Shown piece by piece: positions 38,154 to 46,790 of a stretch of 64,000 bases of DNA (its first letter is position 1; each line of letters opens with the position of its first letter). The stretch comes from an uncultured Bacteroidales bacterium. Lineage in GTDB: Bacteria > Bacteroidota > Bacteroidia > Bacteroidales > FEN-979. Both the position numbers and the translations under genes were made by a program. The notes beneath the pieces are model-generated. The model made no database searches. It saw only the letters and a list, made by a program, of their open reading frames with translations, and had not been told where the DNA came from. The stretch covers positions 93,002 through 157,001 of the forward strand of contig CAWDBP010000002.1 in NCBI GenBank assembly GCA_963800585.1, written 5' to 3'.

Positions 38154-38927
38154 CTACCAGTTTGGTTTTCTTTTCTCTAAAAAGGCTTTCATGCCTTCCT
38201 TGGTTGATGGATAATCGAAGAGTTTCGAGAAGGCTTCTGCTTCCATTTTGCTACCTTCGCCCTGTGTAACCTCACGACCCTTCCTGATGATCTCTTTCGC
38301 TTTAACGATCGCCTGCGAACCATTAGAGGCCATTTTCTTTGCAATTTTCATGACTTCGTCCATCAGGTTCTCAGGGGGAAGAACTTTTTGTACCAACCCC
38401 ATACGCAAGGCTTCTTCCGCGCTGATCATCTCTCCGGTAAGAATAAGATACAGGGCGTTCCCCATTCCGGCCAGGCGTGAAAGCCGTTGGGTGCCAGCAT
38501 AACCGGGTATAAGTCCAAGACCCACCTCTGGTTGTCCAAACTTTGCTGCAGATGATGCAATCCGGAAATCACAAGCCATTGCCAGTTCACATCCTCCACC
38601 CAGTGCATATCCGTTCACAGCAGCAATTACGGGTTTTATCATTCTTTCAAGACGAAGAAAGGTTTCTTGTCCAAGTTGTGAAAAACAGCAAGCTTGTTTG
38701 AAATTCATGTCCACCATTTCGGCAATATCGGCTCCGGCCACGAAGGCTTTTCCTTCACCGGTAATCACCAGAACTTTAATGGAATCGTCCTTACTTAAGT
38801 TACCCTGCAGTTCATTGAAGCCGGTAAAGAATTCTGAGTTCAGAGCATTCATTGCGGCCGGACGGGAAATAGTGACAAGCGCTACTCCTTCTGAAATGTC
38901 GACCTTAAGGTTTTTATACTCTATCAT
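38154..38927 (-). CDS. Enoyl-CoA hydratase (crotonase family)
   Basis: 257 aa with VITGEGKAFVAGADI, VAAVNGYALGGGCELAMACD and FGQPEVGLGLIPG. Confidence 0.9.
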   Translation of the reverse strand: MIEYKNLKVDISEGVALVTISRPAAMNALNSEFFTGFNELQGNLSKDDSIKVLVITGEGKAFVAGADIAEMVDMNFKQACCFSQLGQETFLRLERMIKPVIAAVNGYALGGGCELAMACDFRIASSAAKFGQPEVGLGLIPGYAGTQRLSRLAGMGNALYLILTGEMISAEEALRMGLVQKVLPPENLMDEVMKIAKKMASNGSQAIVKAKEIIRKGREVTQGEGSKMEAEAFSKLFDYPSTKEGMKAFLEKRKPNW

Positions 38928-38976
38928 AATTCCAGTTTTTAAGGTTACTCTCCGGAGCGAAGAAAATTATTTCCAC

Positions 38977-38984
38977 CAAATTTA
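38977..38984 (-). promoter_or_regulatory. Candidate -7 box TAAATTTG upstream of the crotonase operon
   Basis: The + strand reads CAAATTTA. It lies 50 nt upstream of the minus-strand ATG at 38927. Confidence 0.45.
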
Positions 38985-39039
38985 TGGTACGAATATAACA
39001 TTTAATTGAGATTGTTCATCATATGGATGTGTTTTTTTT

Positions 39040-39067
39040 GGAAGATGGAGGATAGAGGATGGATTTA
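39040..39067. repeat. Heptad word array GGAAGAT GGAGGAT AGAGGAT GGATTTA
   Basis: Read directly. It lies between the crotonase operon promoter region and IS copy B. Confidence 0.8.
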
Positions 39068-39157
39068 AAAAACTTTCATTTACCATATTACCTTTTGGTT
39101 TAAAATGGATTAAAGATAAAATCTACCAAAGTCATCATATCGGTCAGCAATAGAATC

Positions 39158-40849
39158 TAATTAGTGTCTGTCCATACAGTCCCTCATTTTGTTGATAACC
39201 GACTGATTTTTGATGCTCAGAGGGAATTTTCGCAAAATAAAATCCTTAGTCAGTGCTTTTAGACCAAAACCCTGTTAAAAACCCAGCTTAATTTGTTAAC
39301 ATCCACTGGATTTTGAAATTTCACGCATATCTGTTTCATCCTGTTTATAGGTTAAATATTCAAAACGCCTGTTTTTACTGGTCATTTAGATAATCAGCTG
39401 ACCAGAGGATCAGATTTAAGCCGGTCAAGAATTAAGGCGGTCATCACCCTGAAGTTATATGCCAAAACACTCCAAAGAACTTTAGCCTGGAAGTGAATCC
39501 AGCCCTTCCAACTACAAGTACGGATATTGAAGCCACGCTTAATATTCGAGATTATTGCCTCCATGGCGCTGCGCCATCTCTTCAAACGTGTTTCCATGTT
39601 CAAACTGCTGACAATATTCTGCATACTGCCAACAACCTTATTAAACACAATATTTACAACGCCCGCTTTCTGGGCATGCTCAAGGTTTGCCAAACAGGCA
39701 TATCCTCCATCGGTAGCACTGTCCCGCGGAACGATCTCATAATTTTGAATAACCCTGTCAATGGTTTGTTTATACAATGATTTGTCCGCCGGGTTGCCCT
39801 GCAAAACCTGACAATCCAGGACAAGATTGCTCTTTCCTGCAGCCAGGTTTACTTTATGGCCAAACAGCACTTCCCTTTGCCCTTTCACAATGATGTCGGT
39901 GTGTTGTTCATAAATCGAAAACAGTTTTTCTTCACTGGGGACTTTTTCCCCATTAATTTCCTTGCGATAGGCTACATTATATACCTGTACCATCAGGCTC
40001 AGCAATTTAGTCAGTTCTTCCTGAATGCCCCAGGCGATAATACTCGTGGACTTTTTTTTTATCGCGTTGGACGTTTGATTGATTACTTTGGTAAAAAGGA
40101 TCAACTGCTTACAAAATAAATCATACCGATCCTTATTTTTGCGATTAACATTGATTTCATAAAAGGTCTTCTTTGCGGATTTCGTGTAATCAATAAAATC
40201 AAGTGTATCAATCTCTTGTTTCAATTGCTCCAATAACCGGGTGCTCGTTTTTATACAATCCCAGACAAGGGAGTTATTCGTAGGATAATGAATATTTGTT
40301 TTTACAACGGTAGAATCCTGTGAAACACTTTTCACATCTTCCAATCCTTCGCTTATGGCTATTTTATTGATCTCCACAAGTAAACGATGAAGAGATTCCG
40401 GATTAATCCTGGAAATGTATTTTTGAAACAACTGAAAACTGTATGGATCCCTTCCTTCGAGTTTTATAAAGGCTTCACAGATCCTCGAATCGCTTTGAGC
40501 GTATTCCAGTTCCCTGTAATCCATCCCACGCATTTCTTTGAAAATCGCAGCACGGGCAATTTGTTCAACACTGGGTGTGTCTTGTCGTCCAAAAGTTGAA
40601 GCTTTCTCATCCCCTATAATGTCCGATCTAAGCATCAAAATGATATCAGGCCGCGATTCCAAAATAGTATCAATCACACAAAACTCAGGATTACCAGACC
40701 AATCAGGCTTTTCGAACTTCAGAAGCAAATCGTTGAATATTTTCATAGATTCATTATCTTTGATTCAAAATTACTGGGAACTTTCTTCATATATCCTATC
40801 AAACCTCAGTATTTATTAACAATTTGAGTTTAAAGACAGACTCTAATTA
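39158..40849 (-). mobile_element. Insertion sequence copy B (1692 bp), inverted relative to copy A
   Basis: It is the reverse complement of 28681-30372. I saw only four substitutions: copy-A positions about 28763, 28868 (synonymous), 29490 (S/I) and 30272. Confidence 0.85.
39394..40746 (-). CDS. DDE transposase (IS copy B)
   Basis: The 450-aa ORF is identical to 28784..30136 except for one residue. Confidence 0.85.
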   Translation of the reverse strand: MKIFNDLLLKFEKPDWSGNPEFCVIDTILESRPDIILMLRSDIIGDEKASTFGRQDTPSVEQIARAAIFKEMRGMDYRELEYAQSDSRICEAFIKLEGRDPYSFQLFQKYISRINPESLHRLLVEINKIAISEGLEDVKSVSQDSTVVKTNIHYPTNNSLVWDCIKTSTRLLEQLKQEIDTLDFIDYTKSAKKTFYEINVNRKNKDRYDLFCKQLILFTKVINQTSNAIKKKSTSIIAWGIQEELTKLLSLMVQVYNVAYRKEINGEKVPSEEKLFSIYEQHTDIIVKGQREVLFGHKVNLAAGKSNLVLDCQVLQGNPADKSLYKQTIDRVIQNYEIVPRDSATDGGYACLANLEHAQKAGVVNIVFNKVVGSMQNIVSSLNMETRLKRWRSAMEAIISNIKRGFNIRTCSWKGWIHFQAKVLWSVLAYNFRVMTALILDRLKSDPLVS

Positions 40850-40873
40850 ATAATAAAGCAGCTATTAACTTAA

Positions 40874-42177
40874 GGGCACCTCGTAAAACTATGATTTTAT
40901 AAAAATTTAAAACAAAAACTTGCAATATCAAATGATCTGTTTTTCTTGCCATTGAAAAAACAGAAATATGAATGTCGTTCTTTGAAATTTTGTAACCTAT
41001 GGACTCATTTTGTGGCTGATTTACAGTACGATTGATAGTTTTTGTGATTTTACGAGGAAGATTGATCTGAAAAAGTTGTAGATGAGGTTTCTTAATCCAA
41101 TGGCCACCGCACATCGGTCAATGCCAATATTCCGGATTAGTTGCCCGGCATTAAGGTTCATCCACTGGTATCCGAAAACATGTTCAACACGTGCACGGGT
41201 CTTTGATTTAACTGTGTTTTGCTGTTTTTGATTGTCTGTTAATTTTTTGTTTCTGTATGCCTTTTCGTGGGTAAGATTTTTCATTTTAACAGCCTTAATA
41301 GCTTTATCACAATTCTTCCCGCTATATGCGCTGTCGGCATAAACCGGCTGATCTGCCTCATCTGTATCAAGCAGATCTTCCATCATAACGCTGTCATGGA
41401 CGCTGGCCGGGGTAACCTGATAATTTGTAATGAGTTTGCTCCCGTTATTGATCTTGATATGATTTTTGTATCCAAAGTAAGTTTTTCCATTTTTCTTGGT
41501 CCAGTCTGCATCCAGATCTTTTTGTTCAAGTTTATTAGGTTTATCCTGCCAATCTTCAGGTACCTTGCCTTCACGAACTTGTTTGTTTTCTTCTCTGGTG
41601 TTGCGCTGACGGGGAACCTGTACTATGGAAGCATCAATGATGGCACCGTCTTTTAACAACAAGGCAGCTTTTTCAAGTTTCTCATTGAACAAAGAAAAAA
41701 TATCTTCGATGATATAATTGGTTTTCAATTGTTCACGATAGTGCCAGATGGTTTTAGCATCAGGTACCTGTGCGTAAGATTCTATCCCAAGAAATTTACA
41801 GAAACTGTGACGATCAAGAATTTGATACTCGGTGTTATCATCAGACATATTGTACATCCTTTGAAGCACCAATACTTTGAACATCATCACACGATCATAC
41901 GAAGGTCGTCCTCCTAATGAAGGATCAATCACAGGAAAGGCCTTATCAATTGTCGGACGGAAATCTTCCCAGTTGATAAAGTGGTTCAACTGTTCAAGTG
42001 GATCTTTCATATTACTAGTCTTTTCGGACCGAAATTGGTCTTCAAAAAGTCCCCGGGTTTTATTTTTGCGCATCTTTGATTGTTTTACTCAAAGGTACAC
42101 ATTATTATCAATCATATTAATCTGATATACAAATAGATATGAACTTTTTATTAACAATTTAGTTTTTAGAGATACCC
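40874..42177 (-). mobile_element. IS5-family insertion sequence (1304 bp) flanked by a TTAA duplication
   Basis: Imperfect terminal inverted repeats: GGGCACCTCGTAAAACTA (40874-) and the reverse complement of TAGTTTTTAGAGATACCC (-42177), 13/18 matching. TTAA occurs at 40870-40873 and at 42178-42181. Confidence 0.75.
41021..42073 (-). CDS. IS5-family DDE transposase
   Basis: 350 aa. The N-terminal DUF772-type region reads GGRPSYDRVMMFKVLVLQRMYNMSDDNTEYQILDRHSFCKFLG. DDE region: IIDASIVQVPRQR...ADSAYSG...ARVEHVFG. Confidence 0.85.
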   Translation of the reverse strand: MRKNKTRGLFEDQFRSEKTSNMKDPLEQLNHFINWEDFRPTIDKAFPVIDPSLGGRPSYDRVMMFKVLVLQRMYNMSDDNTEYQILDRHSFCKFLGIESYAQVPDAKTIWHYREQLKTNYIIEDIFSLFNEKLEKAALLLKDGAIIDASIVQVPRQRNTREENKQVREGKVPEDWQDKPNKLEQKDLDADWTKKNGKTYFGYKNHIKINNGSKLITNYQVTPASVHDSVMMEDLLDTDEADQPVYADSAYSGKNCDKAIKAVKMKNLTHEKAYRNKKLTDNQKQQNTVKSKTRARVEHVFGYQWMNLNAGQLIRNIGIDRCAVAIGLRNLIYNFFRSIFLVKSQKLSIVL

Positions 42178-42192
42178 TTAAAACTTGAACTT

Positions 42193-42675
42193 ATGAAATT
42201 AAAAGTATTCAAAATCAGACAAGCAGAGGAATATTTAAAATCCGATGAAGAATCCGTTTGTAATTTTCTTGATAATATAACTGTCATGAAAACGGCTACT
42301 CAATTTGTATCAGACCCAATCAACTACTGGAATATTCTGGTCTTTTATGAGGAAAAGAAGAAAGAATCATCTGATCCTTCCAAATCATCCAAGATTGCTT
42401 TTCCAATTAATACCATGCTTAATGATGAAGAATATAAAAAGTACCGGAAACTTAAGAAGTGGAGGTACGACAAGGCTGCAGAATTAGAATTACCCCAATT
42501 CCTGATCTGTAGTAATGTTGAATTACTTTCAATTGTTAAGGCCGGAGTAGAATCACTTGAGCAACTTTATTCTATAAAAGGTTTTGGCCCTCAAAAAGTC
42601 AATAAGTTTGGATCTGATCTGGTCGGTGTATTAAATGCCGGGAAAGAACATTACTCTGAAGAAATTGTGAAGTAA
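42193..42675 (+). CDS. Small HRDC domain-containing protein
   Basis: 160 aa. The C-terminal 70 aa (YKKYRKLKKWRYDKAAELELPQFLICSNVELLSIVKAGVESLEQLYSIKGFGPQKVNKFGSDLVGVL) fit the HRDC pattern. I recognise nothing in the N-terminal half. Confidence 0.6.
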   Translation: MKLKVFKIRQAEEYLKSDEESVCNFLDNITVMKTATQFVSDPINYWNILVFYEEKKKESSDPSKSSKIAFPINTMLNDEEYKKYRKLKKWRYDKAAELELPQFLICSNVELLSIVKAGVESLEQLYSIKGFGPQKVNKFGSDLVGVLNAGKEHYSEEIVK

Positions 42676-42735
42676 TCCACTGCCCTCTGGCAAGGAAACA
42701 AAGAGTTCAATTTAAACCATACACTTCTTAACGAA

Positions 42736-42760
42736 CTTAGCGTTTTTGCGTCTTTGCGGT
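42736..42760. repeat. Octad word array CTTAGCGT TTTTGCGT CTTTGCGG
   Basis: Read directly. It is the complement of the word family at 7113-7144. Confidence 0.75.
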
Positions 42761-42956
42761 AATAATAAGGTTTTTCAGAGTAGTCCTATTTGAAATATAG
42801 AATTTTGTTGACTTTCCTTTGGGGATAGTAAAATTCAATTAATTTTACGATAATTAAGACATTGATGTGTGAAAAGGAACTATGAAAGAGTTATCTAGAC
42901 GCTAAAACGCCAGGTTTGTTAATTATACATGTAAAAAAAAATCCAAACAAGGTCTC

Positions 42957-43112
42957 ATGATCTTAAATGGTATCGGGCATAACATGGCAACTCTCATTAC
43001 AGGGAAATATTTTGGTGGTTTTGCCGGTGGATTTACAGGCATCGGATTGGTGATCATCGGCTCTGCACTGCTATATTATCTTGTAAAAGAGATCAGGACA
43101 CGGACTGTATAA
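42957..43112 (+). CDS. Possible 51-aa glycine-zipper membrane peptide (or gene remnant)
   Basis: My own translation: MILNGIGHNMATLITGKYFGGFAGGFTGIGLVIIGSALLYYLVKEIRTRTV. It is below the ORF-track size cutoff and I recognise no family. Confidence 0.25.
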   Translation: MILNGIGHNMATLITGKYFGGFAGGFTGIGLVIIGSALLYYLVKEIRTRTV

Positions 43113-43267
43113 CACAATTACCCTCCTCATGGTTTACTCAGGATTTAATCTTGATCAACTGTTTAAATAAGGGATCATGAATTAATTCTCTCTAAAGTAA
43201 TAAACCATACGTCACAATGGTTTAATCTTCCTGACGTTAATTCTAATCTTTTTAAAGGATTTAAATA

Positions 43268-43414
43268 ATGACAAACCAAACTCTTGAAATAGAAACAAAA
43301 ATTCAAATACTTAGATCACCTCATGATGTATTTGAAGCCATTGTTGACCCGGCGAAAATGTCGGTATATTTCATTTCAAAAAGCAGCGGCTACATGAAGA
43401 GCGAATCCGCTTAA
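43268..43414 (+). pseudogene. Truncated SRPBCC/AHSA1-like fragment (48 codons)
   Basis: My own translation: MTNQTLEIETKIQILRSPHDVFEAIVDPAKMSVYFISKSSGYMKSESA. This matches the N-terminal third of AHSA1/YndB-type SRPBCC proteins and then stops. Confidence 0.5.
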
Positions 43415-43528
43415 AAATGAAGATAAAGGAAGCGCTTAATTATGTAATTTTATCCCGTCGATATCTTTAAGCTGACCGATAAAATAATTTATCATTAAAA
43501 GAAAAATATCAAACTTAATAAACACTTT

Positions 43529-44536
43529 ATGCCACTCATGAAAGCCATCCAAATCAGCGCTCCCGGCGCTCCCTTTGAACTGATCACTAAAGAAATTCCT
43601 GAACCGTCCGATAATGAAGTCCTGATAAAGGCGGAAGCCTGCGGGATATGTCACGGTGATGCCATTTCGAAAGAAGGACATTTCCCCGGGATCAAATATC
43701 CAATCACACCAGGCCATGAAGTGGTTGGGATCGTAGAAAAAACAGGGTCACTGGTCACGGACTGGAAACCGGGACAGCGGGTGGGTGTTGGCTGGCATGG
43801 CGGCCATTGTCACCATTGCAATGCATGCAGGAGGGGTGATTTCGGTGCTTGCGAGAAGTCATTGACAACCGGTATTCACATAGATGGGGGGTACGCAGAG
43901 TATATGATTGCACGGTCGGAAGTAATGGTAAAAATTCCAGATGAACTTTCGTCAACCGATGCCGCACCGATACTTTGTGCAGGAAGAACAACCTTCGGAG
44001 CTTTAAAACAGAGTGACGCCAAAGGTGGCGACCTGGTTGCAATTCACGGAATGGGAGGATTGGGTCACATGGCAGTACAATATGCGGTAAAGTTGGGTTT
44101 TAAAACAGTAGTAATATCCCGTGGAAAAGAAAAGGAACAACTTGCCTATAAATTAGGCGCTCATGTGTACATTGATACAAATACCGTCGATGCAGCAAAA
44201 CAACTATCAAAACTGGGAGGTGCAAAGGTTATTCTTTGTACTGCTCCCAGCGGCAAAGCCATTACTGAATTATTACCGGGACTTGGCCGGAAAGGACAGG
44301 CCATCATTGTTACGGGAGCGGGAGACATGATGCAATTTCCCCCTAATCTTTTACTGGGAGGAGAACGTTCGATAAAAGGATTTGTCAGCGGAAGCATAGA
44401 AGATGCGATCAATTTCAGCACCCTCACTAAAGTTCTACCCATGGTTGAAGTTTTTCACCTGGAGCAGGCAGCACTTGCATTTGAAAAAATGATGACTGCA
44501 AAAGTACTTTTCAGGTCCGTGCTCAAAATGGGATAA
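43529..44536 (+). CDS. Zinc-dependent alcohol dehydrogenase (MDR family)
   Basis: CGICHGD, GHEVVG, structural zinc CHHCNACRRGDFGAC and GMGGLGHMAVQYA. Confidence 0.9.
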   Translation: MPLMKAIQISAPGAPFELITKEIPEPSDNEVLIKAEACGICHGDAISKEGHFPGIKYPITPGHEVVGIVEKTGSLVTDWKPGQRVGVGWHGGHCHHCNACRRGDFGACEKSLTTGIHIDGGYAEYMIARSEVMVKIPDELSSTDAAPILCAGRTTFGALKQSDAKGGDLVAIHGMGGLGHMAVQYAVKLGFKTVVISRGKEKEQLAYKLGAHVYIDTNTVDAAKQLSKLGGAKVILCTAPSGKAITELLPGLGRKGQAIIVTGAGDMMQFPPNLLLGGERSIKGFVSGSIEDAINFSTLTKVLPMVEVFHLEQAALAFEKMMTAKVLFRSVLKMG

Positions 44537-44563
44537 CATTAAAGGTTTGGATTGATCCAGCGA

Positions 44564-45892
44564 ATGGAGAAGGAATCAGATACTAATCGTACTTTTGAGC
44601 CTACCGGGCTTAAAGCCATCTTTCGTTCCCTCCGGTACAGGAATTACAGGTACTTTTTTTATGGTCAGAGCATTTCTCTGATCGGAACATGGATGCAACG
44701 AATTGCACTTCCCTGGCTGGTGTATAGCATTACAGGATCAGCATTTTTATTGGGACTGGTAGGCTTTGCCGGTCAAATCCCGACATTCCTGATTGCTCCT
44801 TTTGCCGGAGTGCTTATCGACCGGTGGAACCGCTATATTATACTAATAATTACCCAGATATTGGCAATGGTACAGGCTTTTATTCTGGCGTTCCTTGTTT
44901 TAAATAATTCAATAGAGGTTTGGGAAATCATCCTGTTAAGTATTTTTCTTGGTTGCATCAATGCATTTGACATGCCCGCACGTCAGTCATTTGTTATTGA
45001 CATGATTGAAAAAAGGGAAGACCTAGGAAATGCCATTGCGCTCAACTCCTCAATGGTCAATGTCGCCAGATTGCTCGGGCCTTCAATAGCCGGTATTTTA
45101 ATAGCATTGACCGGCGAGGGGATCTGTTTTCTTATAAACGGAATCAGCTATATTTTCGTAATCGTTTTCCTGTTAATGATGGTCATTACCCCGGGCAAGC
45201 CAAAAATTCAGAAAACAAACGTAATACAAGGATTAAAGGAAGGATTTAACTATACTTTTGGATTTAAGCCGATCCGGTATATTATCCTGTTACTTGCCCT
45301 CGTAAGCCTGATGGGGATGCCTTATACAGTGCTGATGCCGGTTTTTGCAAAGAACATACTGCATGGCGGTTCTCATACTTTTGGGTTTCTTATGGGCGCA
45401 ACCGGGATAGGAGCACTGACAGGAGCCATCTATATGGCCTCCAGGAGAAGTGTTTTGGGACTGGGAAAGATCATCGCCCTTTTTGCGGCAGTTTTCGGAG
45501 CGGGAATATTTGTATTTTCCCTTTCACATTACTTTGTACTTTCCATGGTAATTTTGTTATTCACGGGGTTTGGAATGATGATGCAGATGACTTCAAGCAA
45601 TACCGTTTTACAAACAATTGTCGATGACGATAAACGTGGCCGTGTTATGAGTTTTTACACCATGGCATTCATGGGTACGGCTCCTTTCGGGAGTTTGCTG
45701 GCAGGTTCACTCGCAAGTACAATAGGAGCTCCCGCTACCCTTATGATAGGTGGAGCTTCATGTATTATTGGAGCGTTATTCTTTGCACGACAACTTCCTG
45801 AGATCAAAAAGATCATTCATCCTATTTATGTCAGGATGGGAATAATTCCGGAGGTTGCATCGGGGATACAGACGGCGTCGGAGGAGCAGTGA
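44564..45892 (+). CDS. MFS transporter (EntS/MFS_3-like)
   Basis: 12 predicted TM segments and the motif GVLIDRWNR after TM2. The ORF track starts at TTG 44552; the first ATG is 44564. Confidence 0.8.
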   Translation: MEKESDTNRTFEPTGLKAIFRSLRYRNYRYFFYGQSISLIGTWMQRIALPWLVYSITGSAFLLGLVGFAGQIPTFLIAPFAGVLIDRWNRYIILIITQILAMVQAFILAFLVLNNSIEVWEIILLSIFLGCINAFDMPARQSFVIDMIEKREDLGNAIALNSSMVNVARLLGPSIAGILIALTGEGICFLINGISYIFVIVFLLMMVITPGKPKIQKTNVIQGLKEGFNYTFGFKPIRYIILLLALVSLMGMPYTVLMPVFAKNILHGGSHTFGFLMGATGIGALTGAIYMASRRSVLGLGKIIALFAAVFGAGIFVFSLSHYFVLSMVILLFTGFGMMMQMTSSNTVLQTIVDDDKRGRVMSFYTMAFMGTAPFGSLLAGSLASTIGAPATLMIGGASCIIGALFFARQLPEIKKIIHPIYVRMGIIPEVASGIQTASEEQ

Positions 45893-45946
45893 GTAGTGCA
45901 TTGTGAATAGTGAGAGTGAATAGTGAATGGTGAATGGTGAATGGTA
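45888..45946. repeat. Heptad word array AGTGAGT AGTGCAT TGTGAAT AGTGAGA GTGAATA GTGAATG GTGAATG GTGAATG
   Basis: Read directly. It contains the TGA stop of the MFS gene (45890-45892). Confidence 0.9.
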
Positions 45947-45961
45947 CATAAAATTAACTTT

Positions 45962-46657
45962 ATGAATAATAGATTTTTATATATGTTATTCTTGTCATTT
46001 ATTTTGATGACTGGGTTAACTAATGCACAGGTGAATACAGTTCAAGGTAATGATGCTACGTTTAATTTTATTGTGACAACTATAAGCGGGAACCCGAGGC
46101 AGGGGGAGTTCCTGATGCTTAAGAGTCATAAGACAAAAAAAATCTACCAAGCTACTACAAGTAACGAAGGAAAATGCTCGGTCACAATACCGTCATCGGA
46201 TACTTATGGAATATTTTACAAGCTTTATGGGGATACAGTCAAGTATAAAGAAATAACTGTTCCCGGTGGAGATCGAAGGTTGACTTATTCACTTACCCTG
46301 AAATATGACGATCCTAAGGTTTACACCCTTAAGAATGTATTCTTTGAAACGGGACTTTCGTCTTTAAGAAAAGAATCGTACCCTGCTTTAAATGAACTTG
46401 TTGCTGCTCTGAAATCGAAGATTCACCTCGCAATAGAGATTGCAGGTCATACGGATAATGTCGGCACAGCAGAAGCAAACCTGAAACTTTCAAATGACCG
46501 TGCCAATGCAGTGAGGGATTACCTTCTAAAACATGGTATCGAGCCAAAAAGAGTCACTGCCAAAGGATATGGTGAAACGCAACCTGTAGCTTCAAATGAT
46601 ACTCCTGATGGACGTCAGCAGAACCGGCGGACAGAAGTCAGGATCATTGCGCATTAA
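45962..46657 (+). CDS. OmpA-family protein
   Basis: Signal peptide MNNRFLYMLFLSFILMTGLTNAQ. C-terminal OmpA-like domain: IEIAGHTDNVGTAEANLKLSNDRANAVRDYL...NRRTEVRI. Confidence 0.85.
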   Translation: MNNRFLYMLFLSFILMTGLTNAQVNTVQGNDATFNFIVTTISGNPRQGEFLMLKSHKTKKIYQATTSNEGKCSVTIPSSDTYGIFYKLYGDTVKYKEITVPGGDRRLTYSLTLKYDDPKVYTLKNVFFETGLSSLRKESYPALNELVAALKSKIHLAIEIAGHTDNVGTAEANLKLSNDRANAVRDYLLKHGIEPKRVTAKGYGETQPVASNDTPDGRQQNRRTEVRIIAH

Positions 46658-46790
46658 TCTAAATTTGTAACACCAGTACTGTGTCAGGTTATAATTTTAA
46701 AAGGTAAGTTATCCTAATAACCAACTTTTGATACTAATTTTACAATCCTGAATAGTTTAAGAGTTATAAATATTAATATGGATAGGCAAT

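Noticed and set aside
28681-40849. Reading the IS-bracketed 12.2-kb unit as a horizontally acquired composite transposon carrying TCA-cycle genes.
   Set aside because: The third gene of the oxidative TCA branch (icd) lies just outside the bracket, so the cargo looks like native chromosome. No flanking target duplication for the unit as a whole is visible. I kept it as a structural finding (possible inversion or mobilisation) but not as evidence of horizontal transfer.
40830-41114. A 94-aa minus-strand ORF spanning the junction of the two insertion sequences.
   Set aside because: It crosses an IS tip, the 24-bp gap and the 3' end of the IS5 transposase gene. It has no motif support and is a chance ORF in AT-rich DNA.
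681-45946. Whether the short tandem word arrays could be CRISPR arrays or degenerate CRISPR remnants.
   Set aside because: The units are 7-8 nt and directly abutting, with no unique spacers. No cas genes are in the window, and the arrays total 20-80 nt. This is not CRISPR.
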